IMG/VR virus record: IMGVR_UViG_3300047160_005625
Coordinates: 6,562-70,561 of that record
DNA length: 64,000 bases
Source: a virus
Taxonomy: Duplodnaviria > Caudoviricetes
Strand: one strand, 5' to 3'
Numbering within the stretch: position 1 is the first letter of the stretch; each line of letters opens with the position of its first letter. The notes under the pieces are model-generated. The model had not been told where the DNA came from. It did no database searches and saw only the letters and a list, made by a program, of their open reading frames with translations. The position numbers and the translations under genes are program-made. Below are positions 9,176 to 17,898 of the stretch, in pieces.

Positions 9176-10516
9176 ATGGCAAGTAGAACATTGGACGAAC
9201 GAATCAGACAACCCTATCAGAAGGGCGCTGGGTTGTCGCTCAGAGGGTTGTTGGGGCAAGACAATGGCGGCATCCTCCGAGCGATGAATGCGGCGGGCAG
9301 TGGCGTCGTGGACCTTGCGGGGCTGAATACCTCCAACCAGCATTTGATCGGAGGAGCTTTTCAGCGACCGCTTCATAGGTCCATCACCTTCTATCTGGCG
9401 CCTAGCGCTGGACAGGCGACTCAGCGATTTTTCATCGCTCCGTCTCCGATGGAGATTCGGGCCATTTCCGTTTCCTATGCAACGGCGGATGGAGGTTCCA
9501 ACACGGCTTTCATCACGAAAGAAGGTCCGGCGCAGGTCCCAGGTTCGGGTGTATCGGTCATGACCGGCACTTTCAATATGTCGAGCACCATCAACACGGC
9601 TCAATGGGCCGTATTGCCAGTGCGCAGCAACCCAGGGGTTTACGGCGTGGGAGAGCCAGCCATCGCCCTCAATACGGGCGAGATGTTGTCGCTCAAGCTT
9701 GCGAATGCCCCCAGCACGCTCGCGGGTGTGGCTGTCACGGTTTATTGCACTCCCTCGACTGATCCTGGCCCGATTCTCTACAACGTGAATGCGAACGGGT
9801 CCTTGGCCACGCAGTACATTGGCCTCGTGAACCGCTATGTCACCATTACCGGCGTTCAAATGGTATGGAGCGCGCCGGGAACAGATCCTGGCGCCGTCAC
9901 ATTTGATATTACGCATGAGACGGGAACCACGGCCTCTGGCGCGGGCAATTCGATCCTGAGCGTCGCGCAGTCGATGAAAGGCGTGGCAAATACCCCAGTG
10001 AACGTGCCTCTGTCGGCCACGGCCTCCCGGCTCCTGATGGCTCCTGGAGACAGGCTCTCCGTCAAGCCGGCTGGCACGCTCACGGGTCTTCAAGGCGTCG
10101 TCATCGTCGTTTCGATAGCGCCTACAGCCGCTCTCATGGTTCCCGGATTCTCGGTTCCTCCCGATGTAACCTTCGCGGATTATATCCAAAATACCAACGC
10201 TTCCCAGACGAATCAGGCATTCTTTGGACCTTCCGATCAGGATTATGAGATCGCGGACGCCAGCTTCGTTTGGGGCACTGCCGGATCGGGCACGATCAAC
10301 GTGACAATAGATCCCCCCGGTACGGCTCCAGGGGCGGGCGCCACTGCTCTTACGGATGTGACCACAACGGGCACGAATACGGTTGCCGTTGGCATTCGGT
10401 CTGTTTCTCGACGGGCATTGCTTGTGCCAGCGGGCGGGTTGCTGAGCGTCAAGTATGGCGGCACGCTCGGCACTCTCGCGAACGTCGCTGCGTGTATCTC
10501 CCTCAGTCCTATTTAA
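9176..10516 (+). CDS. Virion structural protein with three related beta-sandwich modules (decoration-like)
   Basis: GGAG RBS before ATG 9176; three repeats of EI..IS..(W)...G....(F/V)I....G.A.G.G...LT...(GDRLSVK). Confidence 0.6.
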   Translation: MASRTLDERIRQPYQKGAGLSLRGLLGQDNGGILRAMNAAGSGVVDLAGLNTSNQHLIGGAFQRPLHRSITFYLAPSAGQATQRFFIAPSPMEIRAISVSYATADGGSNTAFITKEGPAQVPGSGVSVMTGTFNMSSTINTAQWAVLPVRSNPGVYGVGEPAIALNTGEMLSLKLANAPSTLAGVAVTVYCTPSTDPGPILYNVNANGSLATQYIGLVNRYVTITGVQMVWSAPGTDPGAVTFDITHETGTTASGAGNSILSVAQSMKGVANTPVNVPLSATASRLLMAPGDRLSVKPAGTLTGLQGVVIVVSIAPTAALMVPGFSVPPDVTFADYIQNTNASQTNQAFFGPSDQDYEIADASFVWGTAGSGTINVTIDPPGTAPGAGATALTDVTTTGTNTVAVGIRSVSRRALLVPAGGLLSVKYGGTLGTLANVAACISLSPI

Positions 10517-10537
10517 TCCCCCCTAGCCTTTCTGGCG

Positions 10538-10567
10538 GCCCCGGCTCCTTTGGGGCCGGGGCGTTTT
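10538..10567 (+). terminator. Intrinsic terminator-like hairpin
   Basis: GCCCCGGCTCC-TTT-GGGGCCGGGGC followed by GTTTT. Confidence 0.55.
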
Positions 10568-10603
10568 GGGCTTTAGCGCAAGTGGGTCAAACCTGCAAGT
10601 AGT

Positions 10604-12661
10604 ATGAGCTTCCTAAACGATTGCAGAACCGAGGACTTCACCGAATTCATTGGGGCGAACCTGCTCGTTGACGAGGAGGATATCGCTCAGCCCATGGCTC
10701 TTTATAACCGGAATAGTGAATTCATCGAAGGCCAAGCTCGCACGCGGCGTGGATTTGCAAACAAGTTTAATATCGGCGCTGTCGCCACGGTGCTCTACAA
10801 CTGGTTTCAGTCCAACTTCAATAGGCTTCTGTATCTGACGAGCGCGGGTGGTTTATTCTCGCTGGATCTGGTTTCCAAAGTCACCAGCACGGTGACTACG
10901 GGCCTTTCGAGCGTGGCCGGGATGACTTTCGCTCAGGCGGCCTATCGCGTCTACATGACGTTTTTCGATAGCGCCGGGAACGGGACACAGCAAGTTTCGG
11001 CTTGGGATGGAACCTTTACCGGCTCAACTCCTAATTTTAGCCCTGTCTTCACGGCTCCTCCTGATATCAGCGCCTTTGCCGGCGGCGCGAATTGGGCGAC
11101 GTTCAGTGAACCTTCTTCGGGGGTCGTGACCGCTGGACCTCACAAGTTCGCACTCGTCTTCACGGACTGGAATGGAAACGTATTGTCCCCTGGCCCTTTG
11201 AACGGTGGAAATTTTAACCCCGTCACGTTTACGGCCTCTGGTGGGAAGAATCTTCAGATCACCGTCGCCCCTAGTGGCGCATGGCCCAACAATGTGTATT
11301 CCGTCCAGCTTGCCATGACGACGGTGAATAATCCCAACCGCTGGTATCTGGTTCCTTCCAATGTTGGCGGGGGATCGTTATTCGTAGGGGCGCGGGGAAG
11401 CACCATCCCTGTCACATGGCAGATCAATATTGACGACGTGACGCTCTCCGGGGGTGGTCCCACGGAGATCACGAATACTCTGTTCAACCTGTTCTATGGG
11501 AACTGCTTTGCACATGTGGTTCTTCAGTACAACAATCGGATGGTTTATATCTGGAGGCAGGGAGGCGTCACTCCTGGTTCCGTGGTGGCGACTCTATTTG
11601 TTTCCGATCCATACAACCCTGGGTACGTTATACCTAGTCAGAACCAACTCAACCTCCCCGAGCTTAAAGACATCACTACAGCCGCCGTCTTAGGGGCCAC
11701 CATGTTTGTCTTCGGGCCGTCCTGGATTTTCGCCTTCACCGATAACGGCGCGATCCCGGTGCAGTGGGCGCCGCCGATTCAGGTATCCGGCAACGTTGGT
11801 TCTCCCTTCATTCGAGGCGTGGTCGTGAATCCCGGACGGGGACGTATGTGGATTTGCGACCACGCCGGTTTGTTCGCCTTCGTGGGAGGCTATCTGCAAG
11901 AAGTCCCCGCGAGCTATTGGCAGCAACCCGATTGGGATCGCATCAACTTTCAGGCTCCAGCGAACGCGCTCTCGATTAAGGAATACTCAGAGAGCCGTCT
12001 GGTGGTCGTGCGAGCGCCGCTTGACGGGGCGACCATCGCGACTCATCTGATGGTTTGGGATTTTACGAACGGTTTCGTTCCCGGAAAAATCAAATACTGC
12101 GGATTATGGAACATCGGCGATTTCCCCAACATCGGCGATATTGAGATCGTGGCGAATCCCGACAATGGCGTTGAGTCCAAGGAATTATGGATCAGCCAAG
12201 GCAATACCTCCGCGTCGAGCAAGACGATTCGCCGGCTGAAGAGCATCGAGGCCGGGGACGGCACCGATAAGAATCCTTCGCCGCTCTATGACGACCAGGG
12301 AGTCGGCATCGACTCCGCCTATAAGGTTCTGGCGGTCACAAAATCCCAAGAAGGCCCACAGATGCAGATTGGCGCACGGTTCCGCATTCGCGGCGTCGGG
12401 CCTGTGAATATTACAGCGTACTCTTACGATCAACAGCGGACGCATACGCTCGCTCCCATATCGGCTGCGGAGTTGCCGCAGGGTTTGAACGCGAATGGCC
12501 AAGTAGGCGGTTTACAGCCAGCACAAAGGTTTGACCGTTTTGTGGAAGAGCAATCTGAGGAAATAAGTTATCAGGTGGATAACGGAGCGCAGCCGGGACA
12601 TTACTTCTTTTGGTCGGCGGTGCGTTTTTATTACTTGCCGTGGATGGCAGAGAAGCCCTGA
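10604..12661 (+). CDS. Tail stabilisation/nozzle protein (P22 gp10/T7 gp12-like role)
   Basis: 685 aa beta-rich protein whose N-terminus FIGANL...YNRNSEF..G..RTRRGF matches the podoviral nozzle pattern; position after the adaptor. Confidence 0.55.
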   Translation: MSFLNDCRTEDFTEFIGANLLVDEEDIAQPMALYNRNSEFIEGQARTRRGFANKFNIGAVATVLYNWFQSNFNRLLYLTSAGGLFSLDLVSKVTSTVTTGLSSVAGMTFAQAAYRVYMTFFDSAGNGTQQVSAWDGTFTGSTPNFSPVFTAPPDISAFAGGANWATFSEPSSGVVTAGPHKFALVFTDWNGNVLSPGPLNGGNFNPVTFTASGGKNLQITVAPSGAWPNNVYSVQLAMTTVNNPNRWYLVPSNVGGGSLFVGARGSTIPVTWQINIDDVTLSGGGPTEITNTLFNLFYGNCFAHVVLQYNNRMVYIWRQGGVTPGSVVATLFVSDPYNPGYVIPSQNQLNLPELKDITTAAVLGATMFVFGPSWIFAFTDNGAIPVQWAPPIQVSGNVGSPFIRGVVVNPGRGRMWICDHAGLFAFVGGYLQEVPASYWQQPDWDRINFQAPANALSIKEYSESRLVVVRAPLDGATIATHLMVWDFTNGFVPGKIKYCGLWNIGDFPNIGDIEIVANPDNGVESKELWISQGNTSASSKTIRRLKSIEAGDGTDKNPSPLYDDQGVGIDSAYKVLAVTKSQEGPQMQIGARFRIRGVGPVNITAYSYDQQRTHTLAPISAAELPQGLNANGQVGGLQPAQRFDRFVEEQSEEISYQVDNGAQPGHYFFWSAVRFYYLPWMAEKP

Positions 12662-13167
12662 TGCCTGCTCCCCCTTTGCCTACAAAGTTGGCTCAAGTCA
12701 TTACGCGCCGTGGAGCGCTCAGCGTAGCGGATATTGTGAGCGCCCAGCGGTCCACCGGAACTGCGTACAATTCTCAGAACGCGGAGGCTCTCCAGCGGCT
12801 CAACCAGTACTCCGATCTGCTCAATGGGAGCGTGATTGATGTCGTCCGGTATTTGCAAGATCTATCGACCTATCTTCAGGCGTTCATCATTCCTGCGGCG
12901 GGGTCGGCGAGCACGGTCCAGAACGTATTCCTGGTCTCGGGGGGCAATACGATTGTTCCTGCGCCTGCGACTGCCAATGATGGCGATACTCTCTGGATCA
13001 TCACTCATCAACCGGCGACCGGAGACGGATTCATTACGTGGTCGAGCGGTTTTATAGGGGTTACAAGTAATGACAATCTGATGGCGCCGAATGCAGTCAA
13101 TCGCTATACATTCGTGCGCTCCGGTTCTTTTTGGAATTTGATGGCGCCTCCCAGTTTAGGCAAGTGA
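12661..13167 (+). CDS. Virion protein (168 aa) with C-terminal fibre-like beta domain
   Basis: ATG overlaps the upstream stop; C-terminal IITHQPATGDGFITWSSGF...NRYTFVRSG. Confidence 0.55.
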   Translation: MPAPPLPTKLAQVITRRGALSVADIVSAQRSTGTAYNSQNAEALQRLNQYSDLLNGSVIDVVRYLQDLSTYLQAFIIPAAGSASTVQNVFLVSGGNTIVPAPATANDGDTLWIITHQPATGDGFITWSSGFIGVTSNDNLMAPNAVNRYTFVRSGSFWNLMAPPSLGK

Positions 13168-16100
13168 GACTCGTTTGCTTTTTATTGTGGGCTGCGACAG
13201 TCCTTGCTCAGACCAACCTGAGTTCTCCGGCGACGGTGATTCGTGTCCCTACAAGTCCAGGAGTTTTCGGAGGGGGCGATTTCAGGGTACAAGCGCCGAA
13301 TGGGACGGATTATACTTCCATCACGCAAAGCGCCACGACTATGGCGATCTCCACGGGTATTTCGCCTTCTCCTACGCTCGCGATAAATGGATTCAGCAAC
13401 GTATCCGTATCGGGAAATATTATTCCGTCCATGGATCAGATGTACACTTTGGGAATTGGCGCGAATGCTTGGTTCTCCGTATTTACAGCGCAGTTGATTG
13501 GAGCAGGATCGGGGGCCGCCACAGGAAGGCCGATATCTTCCAGTCCCTTGCTCCCTTTCACGACCCTGACCGAGAATCTCGGGTCTTCCACTGTGCAGTG
13601 GAGTCACATTTATACAGGAGATATAACAGCGAGTAACCTCGGAGGTACGGGCACTCGTTGTGTGCAGGTGAATAATAACGGCGATTTTGGCGTGGCCTCT
13701 GCGGCCTGTGGCACGGGGGGAACTGGGTCTCCTGGCCCGCCGAATACTTCCATACAATTCAATTGCAGTGGCGTGTTCTGTGGAGATTCGCGGCTGGAAT
13801 ACGCCGCGCCTAACCTGGAACTCACGCAGGCGACTCTTCAGTTCTATTCCGCTCCCAGCACGCTCGCGATGCAATTGAAAGCGGGATCATCTGGGACAGG
13901 AATTTTGGATGTGGTCAATTCCTCCAATGCGACGATCTCTGAATGGAACGCGAGCACGACAGTCCCAAATTTTGGCATGCTAGGAACCATTAATATACAG
14001 CCTGGTTCTGGCCAGATCGTGCCGTCTCTCCAAATCACCGAAGCGGGCGGCGGCACGCAGGATGTGATTTATGCGCTGCTGCCCAGCGGGGCTATTGGAG
14101 TGGAGCTTGCTGCATCCGGCAACGTCACGATGAGCGGCTTATCCGGCACAGGGAATCGTATCGTGTGTGCGGGTCCGAGTGGTCTTCTCTTGTCGAATCC
14201 TGGAGGGGGCTGCACTGGGGCGGGTGTTCCAGGGACTCCTAATACCTCGATTCAGTTCAATTGTTCTGGCACGTTTTGTGGAGACGCTAGATTGGAGTAT
14301 GCCGCCCCCAATGTGGAATTAAATGATGCCGTTCTCCAATTTTATTCGAGTGGCGCGCTCGATATGCAAGTAAAAGGGGCTTCGACCAACATTTTACAGG
14401 TAGTGAATTCCAGCAACACAGTCATTTCGCAATGGAACTCCAATACGGCAGTCCCTAGTTTTGGGGTATTGGGAACGATGGCAGTGCAGCCCAGTTCCAG
14501 CGCTTCTCCTATCGTTCCGCTGCTTCAAATATCGGGGGGAAGCTTGTCTTCAACCGCAGACCTGATCTATGCCCTCCAGCCGGGAGGCGCTATAGGCATG
14601 GAGCTTAAATCGGATGGCACTACTACTTTAGGGAATCTTGCTGGAAGCGGCAACCGCATTGTCTGCGCTGGACCCAGTGGCCTTCTTCTGGCAAATCCTG
14701 GAGGCACGCCCTGCACGGGGGTTGGCGTTCCCGGTAATCCTACAACGTCGATTCAGTTTAACTGTTCCGGCCTATTCTGTGGAGACGCCAAATTGGAGTA
14801 TGCTTCCCCCAACCTTCTGCTGAACGATGCGGTTTTACAGTTTTATTCGAGTGGCTCGCTTGATATGCAACTGAAGGGGGCGTCCACAAATATCCTCCAG
14901 GTTGTGAATTCCAGTAACACGGTTATTTCTCAATGGAACTCCAATACTGCCGTGCCCAGTTTCTCGGTGGCTGGGACCGTAGCGGTGCAACCTGTGTCCA
15001 GCGCCTCTCCTATTGTTCCCATGCTTCAGATAAATGGAGGCGCCCTCTCATCAACCGCTGACCGTATTTACGCTTTGCAGGCGGGAGGGGCGATAGCTCT
15101 GGAACTGAAATCGGACGGCTCTACGGTTTTGGGAAATCTTGCCGGGACAGGAAACCGTATTGTATGTGCAGACCCGAGTGGTCTTCTGTTATCGAATCCA
15201 GGTGGATGTGCAGGGGCGAGCGGGGTTTGTGGCGCCGATACCCAAATCATCTACAACAATGCGGGCGCTTGTGGCGCGGACGCCGGATTGACCTGGAGCC
15301 ATACCAGTCCTGGCATATTCCTAGCGAACGGACTGATTGTGGCTACCGGATCAAATGGGGGGTTCGGCGCGAATCCCCGCTCTGGGTCTGGCGATCAGTG
15401 GCTTTTTTACAATCCATCCGGTACGGAAATGCGGCTTTACGATTCGGTTTCTGGAGATCATTTTTATTTTGAAAGCAACGGCAATTTCGACATCGATCCT
15501 CAAGGGCTGAATAATGGGCCGCTTACGCCGGGGATCGTTTTCGGAACGGGCGCTACGGGGGAAGGAATTGCGTCTAAGCGGACATCCGGGGGGAATCAGT
15601 TCGGTCTAGACTTTTACACAAGCAGCAATTCTCGCCTATCTATCGCCAACAACGGCGGCGCTCAATTCCTTGGACCCACCGTCGAGATGCACTCCACCGT
15701 ACTCATCGATCCGGCGTTTCTGCCCTCCGTTTCCATTCTGCGGGCTACTGCCCCTAGTGGCAACACTCAGGATTTGATCGACTTGGAGGCGTTTCCGGCT
15801 ACCAAGATTTTTGAAGTTACCTCCAACGGGAGCATGAACGTAGGATCGATGACCTGGAACCAACCGCTTCAGAGTTTGAATATCAGTGGAAACACGTCGA
15901 ATCCCACCTTGGTGCTTACAGGAGGTTCGGGGACGAATGCGCTCCAAGTGCTGAATACGCTCGGCGGCAACGGTCTGTCGGTCGGTTCTGGTCAACTATC
16001 AATGGCTTTGGGTGGGACTGTGACCACGCGGATCACTAATAGCGGCGTCATCGGAGGTCGTGTTCAAACGTCAGACGCAAGTGGAAATCCCCTATTCGAT

Positions 16101-16382
16101 TCCGCGCAGATCCCGACTCCCTTTCAGGTCATCGACGGCGGCGGCGTTATGCATTCCGCGAATCAGTTCGTAGCGACCGGCGCCTCCACCCCGCTCGTGG
16201 TGAATGCGGCCGGTATCGGCTCAGATTACGTGGCGGTCAATAACCTTAGTTCTGGCGTTTCTTATCTGAGAATTACGAATACTGGGACCTTTCTGTTGGG
16301 AGCCTACACAGGCACAGGCAATTCCGCTTTATGCGTGACTGGCGCCGGTCAGGTATACCGTTCAGGTTTTACCTCATGCTGA
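13164..16382 (+). CDS. Large repeat fibre/adhesin with N-terminal signal peptide (about 1072 aa)
   Basis: GTG 13164 overlaps the upstream TGA and gives MRLVCFLLWAATVLA|Q; three tandem Cys-containing modules; Gly/Ser/Thr-rich. Confidence 0.75.
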   Translation: MRLVCFLLWAATVLAQTNLSSPATVIRVPTSPGVFGGGDFRVQAPNGTDYTSITQSATTMAISTGISPSPTLAINGFSNVSVSGNIIPSMDQMYTLGIGANAWFSVFTAQLIGAGSGAATGRPISSSPLLPFTTLTENLGSSTVQWSHIYTGDITASNLGGTGTRCVQVNNNGDFGVASAACGTGGTGSPGPPNTSIQFNCSGVFCGDSRLEYAAPNLELTQATLQFYSAPSTLAMQLKAGSSGTGILDVVNSSNATISEWNASTTVPNFGMLGTINIQPGSGQIVPSLQITEAGGGTQDVIYALLPSGAIGVELAASGNVTMSGLSGTGNRIVCAGPSGLLLSNPGGGCTGAGVPGTPNTSIQFNCSGTFCGDARLEYAAPNVELNDAVLQFYSSGALDMQVKGASTNILQVVNSSNTVISQWNSNTAVPSFGVLGTMAVQPSSSASPIVPLLQISGGSLSSTADLIYALQPGGAIGMELKSDGTTTLGNLAGSGNRIVCAGPSGLLLANPGGTPCTGVGVPGNPTTSIQFNCSGLFCGDAKLEYASPNLLLNDAVLQFYSSGSLDMQLKGASTNILQVVNSSNTVISQWNSNTAVPSFSVAGTVAVQPVSSASPIVPMLQINGGALSSTADRIYALQAGGAIALELKSDGSTVLGNLAGTGNRIVCADPSGLLLSNPGGCAGASGVCGADTQIIYNNAGACGADAGLTWSHTSPGIFLANGLIVATGSNGGFGANPRSGSGDQWLFYNPSGTEMRLYDSVSGDHFYFESNGNFDIDPQGLNNGPLTPGIVFGTGATGEGIASKRTSGGNQFGLDFYTSSNSRLSIANNGGAQFLGPTVEMHSTVLIDPAFLPSVSILRATAPSGNTQDLIDLEAFPATKIFEVTSNGSMNVGSMTWNQPLQSLNISGNTSNPTLVLTGGSGTNALQVLNTLGGNGLSVGSGQLSMALGGTVTTRITNSGVIGGRVQTSDASGNPLFDSAQIPTPFQVIDGGGVMHSANQFVATGASTPLVVNAAGIGSDYVAVNNLSSGVSYLRITNTGTFLLGAYTGTGNSALCVTGAGQVYRSGFTSC
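13630..15210 (+). repeat. Tandem intragenic modules of about 166-167 aa (about 3 copies)
   Basis: The (S/G)xL(S/A)G(T/S)GNRIVCA anchor recurs at 14133, 14631 and 15132; each module has SIQFNCSGxFCGDxxLEYAxPN. Confidence 0.85.
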
Positions 16383-17053
16383 AAGCAGGGATATTCCTTT
16401 TTGCTCCGGCTTGCTTGTTGGCCCAAATCCCAACCGTTCATTTTGGGGTGCTTCCGTCAGGCGTAACGAGCGGTTCCACATTTACGCTTGCGGTGAGTAT
16501 CACGGCTTCAGCCATCGGTTGGGCCTCCGTTAGTTGGGGCATAACCATTACGAACGCAACGCTGATAAGTACGATTCCCGATGGTTCCCTGACGACGAAA
16601 TATTTGACGGCTGGAGTTAACGGGAATTGCGTGGTCAGCACCGCCCACATCATTGGGGGTCAAGGATATGATCTTGGGATCAATACGATTACTGCGGCTA
16701 CGGGACTGGCGGTTTATACCTTCCAGGCTGGCTCAAGCGGGACCATCACACTGAACCTAACAAACGTCTCATTAGCCGATGCGGTCGGCGCGGCGCTTTC
16801 TGTCAATGTAGGGCCGTCTGCTTCAATCTCAGTGGCGGCAAGTCCAACCATGAATTTCTGTGATTTGAGCGGGGCGGCTGGGCTTCCTGATGCGCAGGTC
16901 GATGGTTGGGACGTGGGAGCGGAGAATACCTGGATCGTATCCGGTCCTCCTCCTGGGAAAACGTGGGACCGTTTTGGGGATATGAATCCGGCGCGCAGCG
17001 CCCAAGCCATCATCTCGGCGGCGACGGGAGCGATGTGTACGGCAACGCAATGA
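16376..17053 (+). CDS. Secreted cohesin-like plus dockerin-like protein (225 aa)
   Basis: Signal peptide MLKAGIFLFAPACLLA|Q; cohesin-like GSTFTLAVSIT...YTFQA..SGTITLNLTNVSLADA.G; C-terminal CDL...VDGWDV...DRFGD...AQAIISAATG..C resembles degenerate dockerin repeats. Confidence 0.55.
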   Translation: MLKAGIFLFAPACLLAQIPTVHFGVLPSGVTSGSTFTLAVSITASAIGWASVSWGITITNATLISTIPDGSLTTKYLTAGVNGNCVVSTAHIIGGQGYDLGINTITAATGLAVYTFQAGSSGTITLNLTNVSLADAVGAALSVNVGPSASISVAASPTMNFCDLSGAAGLPDAQVDGWDVGAENTWIVSGPPPGKTWDRFGDMNPARSAQAIISAATGAMCTATQ

Positions 17054-17067
17054 AAAGGAGTATTTGA

Positions 17068-17388
17068 GTGAAGTTACTTGCAATATTGCTCTTGGCGGGC
17101 GGAGCTTACGCCCAAGACGGTTCGCCCCCTGCGGCGAAGCCGGATGCAAAAGCGGCCCCCGTGAATAAGGAAGTGGAAGACCTGAAGACCCAATTGGCGG
17201 GCATGAAGGCTACTCTGATTTCGCTTCAGGGGTCGCTCGTCACTTTGCAGAGGCAGGTAGCGGAGGCGAATCAAACTATCTTGATAGCGCGGATCTGCTC
17301 CGACGCCGGTCTGATCTGGGCGCAATGTCAAGTCGATCAAAACAATTGGACGGCAAAGCCCATCACCCCCGATCCCAAAAAACCCTAA
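17068..17388 (+). CDS. Secreted coiled-coil protein with a Cys pair
   Basis: AAGGAG RBS; signal peptide MKLLAILLLAGGAYA|Q; heptad stretch, then C..C. Confidence 0.7.
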   Translation: MKLLAILLLAGGAYAQDGSPPAAKPDAKAAPVNKEVEDLKTQLAGMKATLISLQGSLVTLQRQVAEANQTILIARICSDAGLIWAQCQVDQNNWTAKPITPDPKKP

Positions 17389-17876
17389 GCTACATGTTTC
17401 CACGTTCTGCGAAGGCGGATATGCGAGATCAGCCCTTTGGACACTCTCAATTCCTGAGCAAGACCAGTGCAACTACCCGGACTATTCCGAATGTACCGAA
17501 CTTGTTCTTCCGTAAGCTTGCTGCTCCTATGGCCTTCGCCCATAAGGAAGTTGAAGTTGTCTTTAAATGGAATGTACTCCAGGTTGTCTGGCCATCGATT
17601 ATCCAGCTTGTTGCGATTTATATGATTAACAATGTATCCAGGTGGACGTGGCCCCACAAAAGCTTGCATAACCATTTCATGGTTTGTTCGGGTGACTCTG
17701 CGTATGCCATCACTTAAGAGGACGTGGGCATATCCAGGTTTATTGTTGCTGACTCCTGGGCGCAAAACTTTCCCAGGTCTTGCTCCTTTTCCTCGGGAGA
17801 TGCGCCTTGTCCGACCTAAGTTCGAAACCTCGTAAAACTGTTCAAAGCCCTTAACCGGTAGCCATTTCTCATCCAT
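17385..17876 (-). CDS. NUMOD4-HNH homing endonuclease
   Basis: EKWLPVKGFEQFYEVSNLGR (NUMOD4), VNHINRNKLDNRWPDNLEY (HNH) and a C-terminal HTH; likely start MDEKW at 17876. Confidence 0.88.
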   Translation of the reverse strand: MDEKWLPVKGFEQFYEVSNLGRTRRISRGKGARPGKVLRPGVSNNKPGYAHVLLSDGIRRVTRTNHEMVMQAFVGPRPPGYIVNHINRNKLDNRWPDNLEYIPFKDNFNFLMGEGHRSSKLTEEQVRYIRNSPGSCTGLAQELRVSKGLISHIRLRRTWKHVA

Positions 17877-17898
17877 AGGTCCATAGGATAACCTCACC

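Noticed and set aside
13630-15210. Fibre repeats as a diversity-generating retroelement TR/VR pair
   Set aside because: No reverse transcriptase motif in the window; the repeats are in-frame tandem domains and their differences are not adenine-specific.
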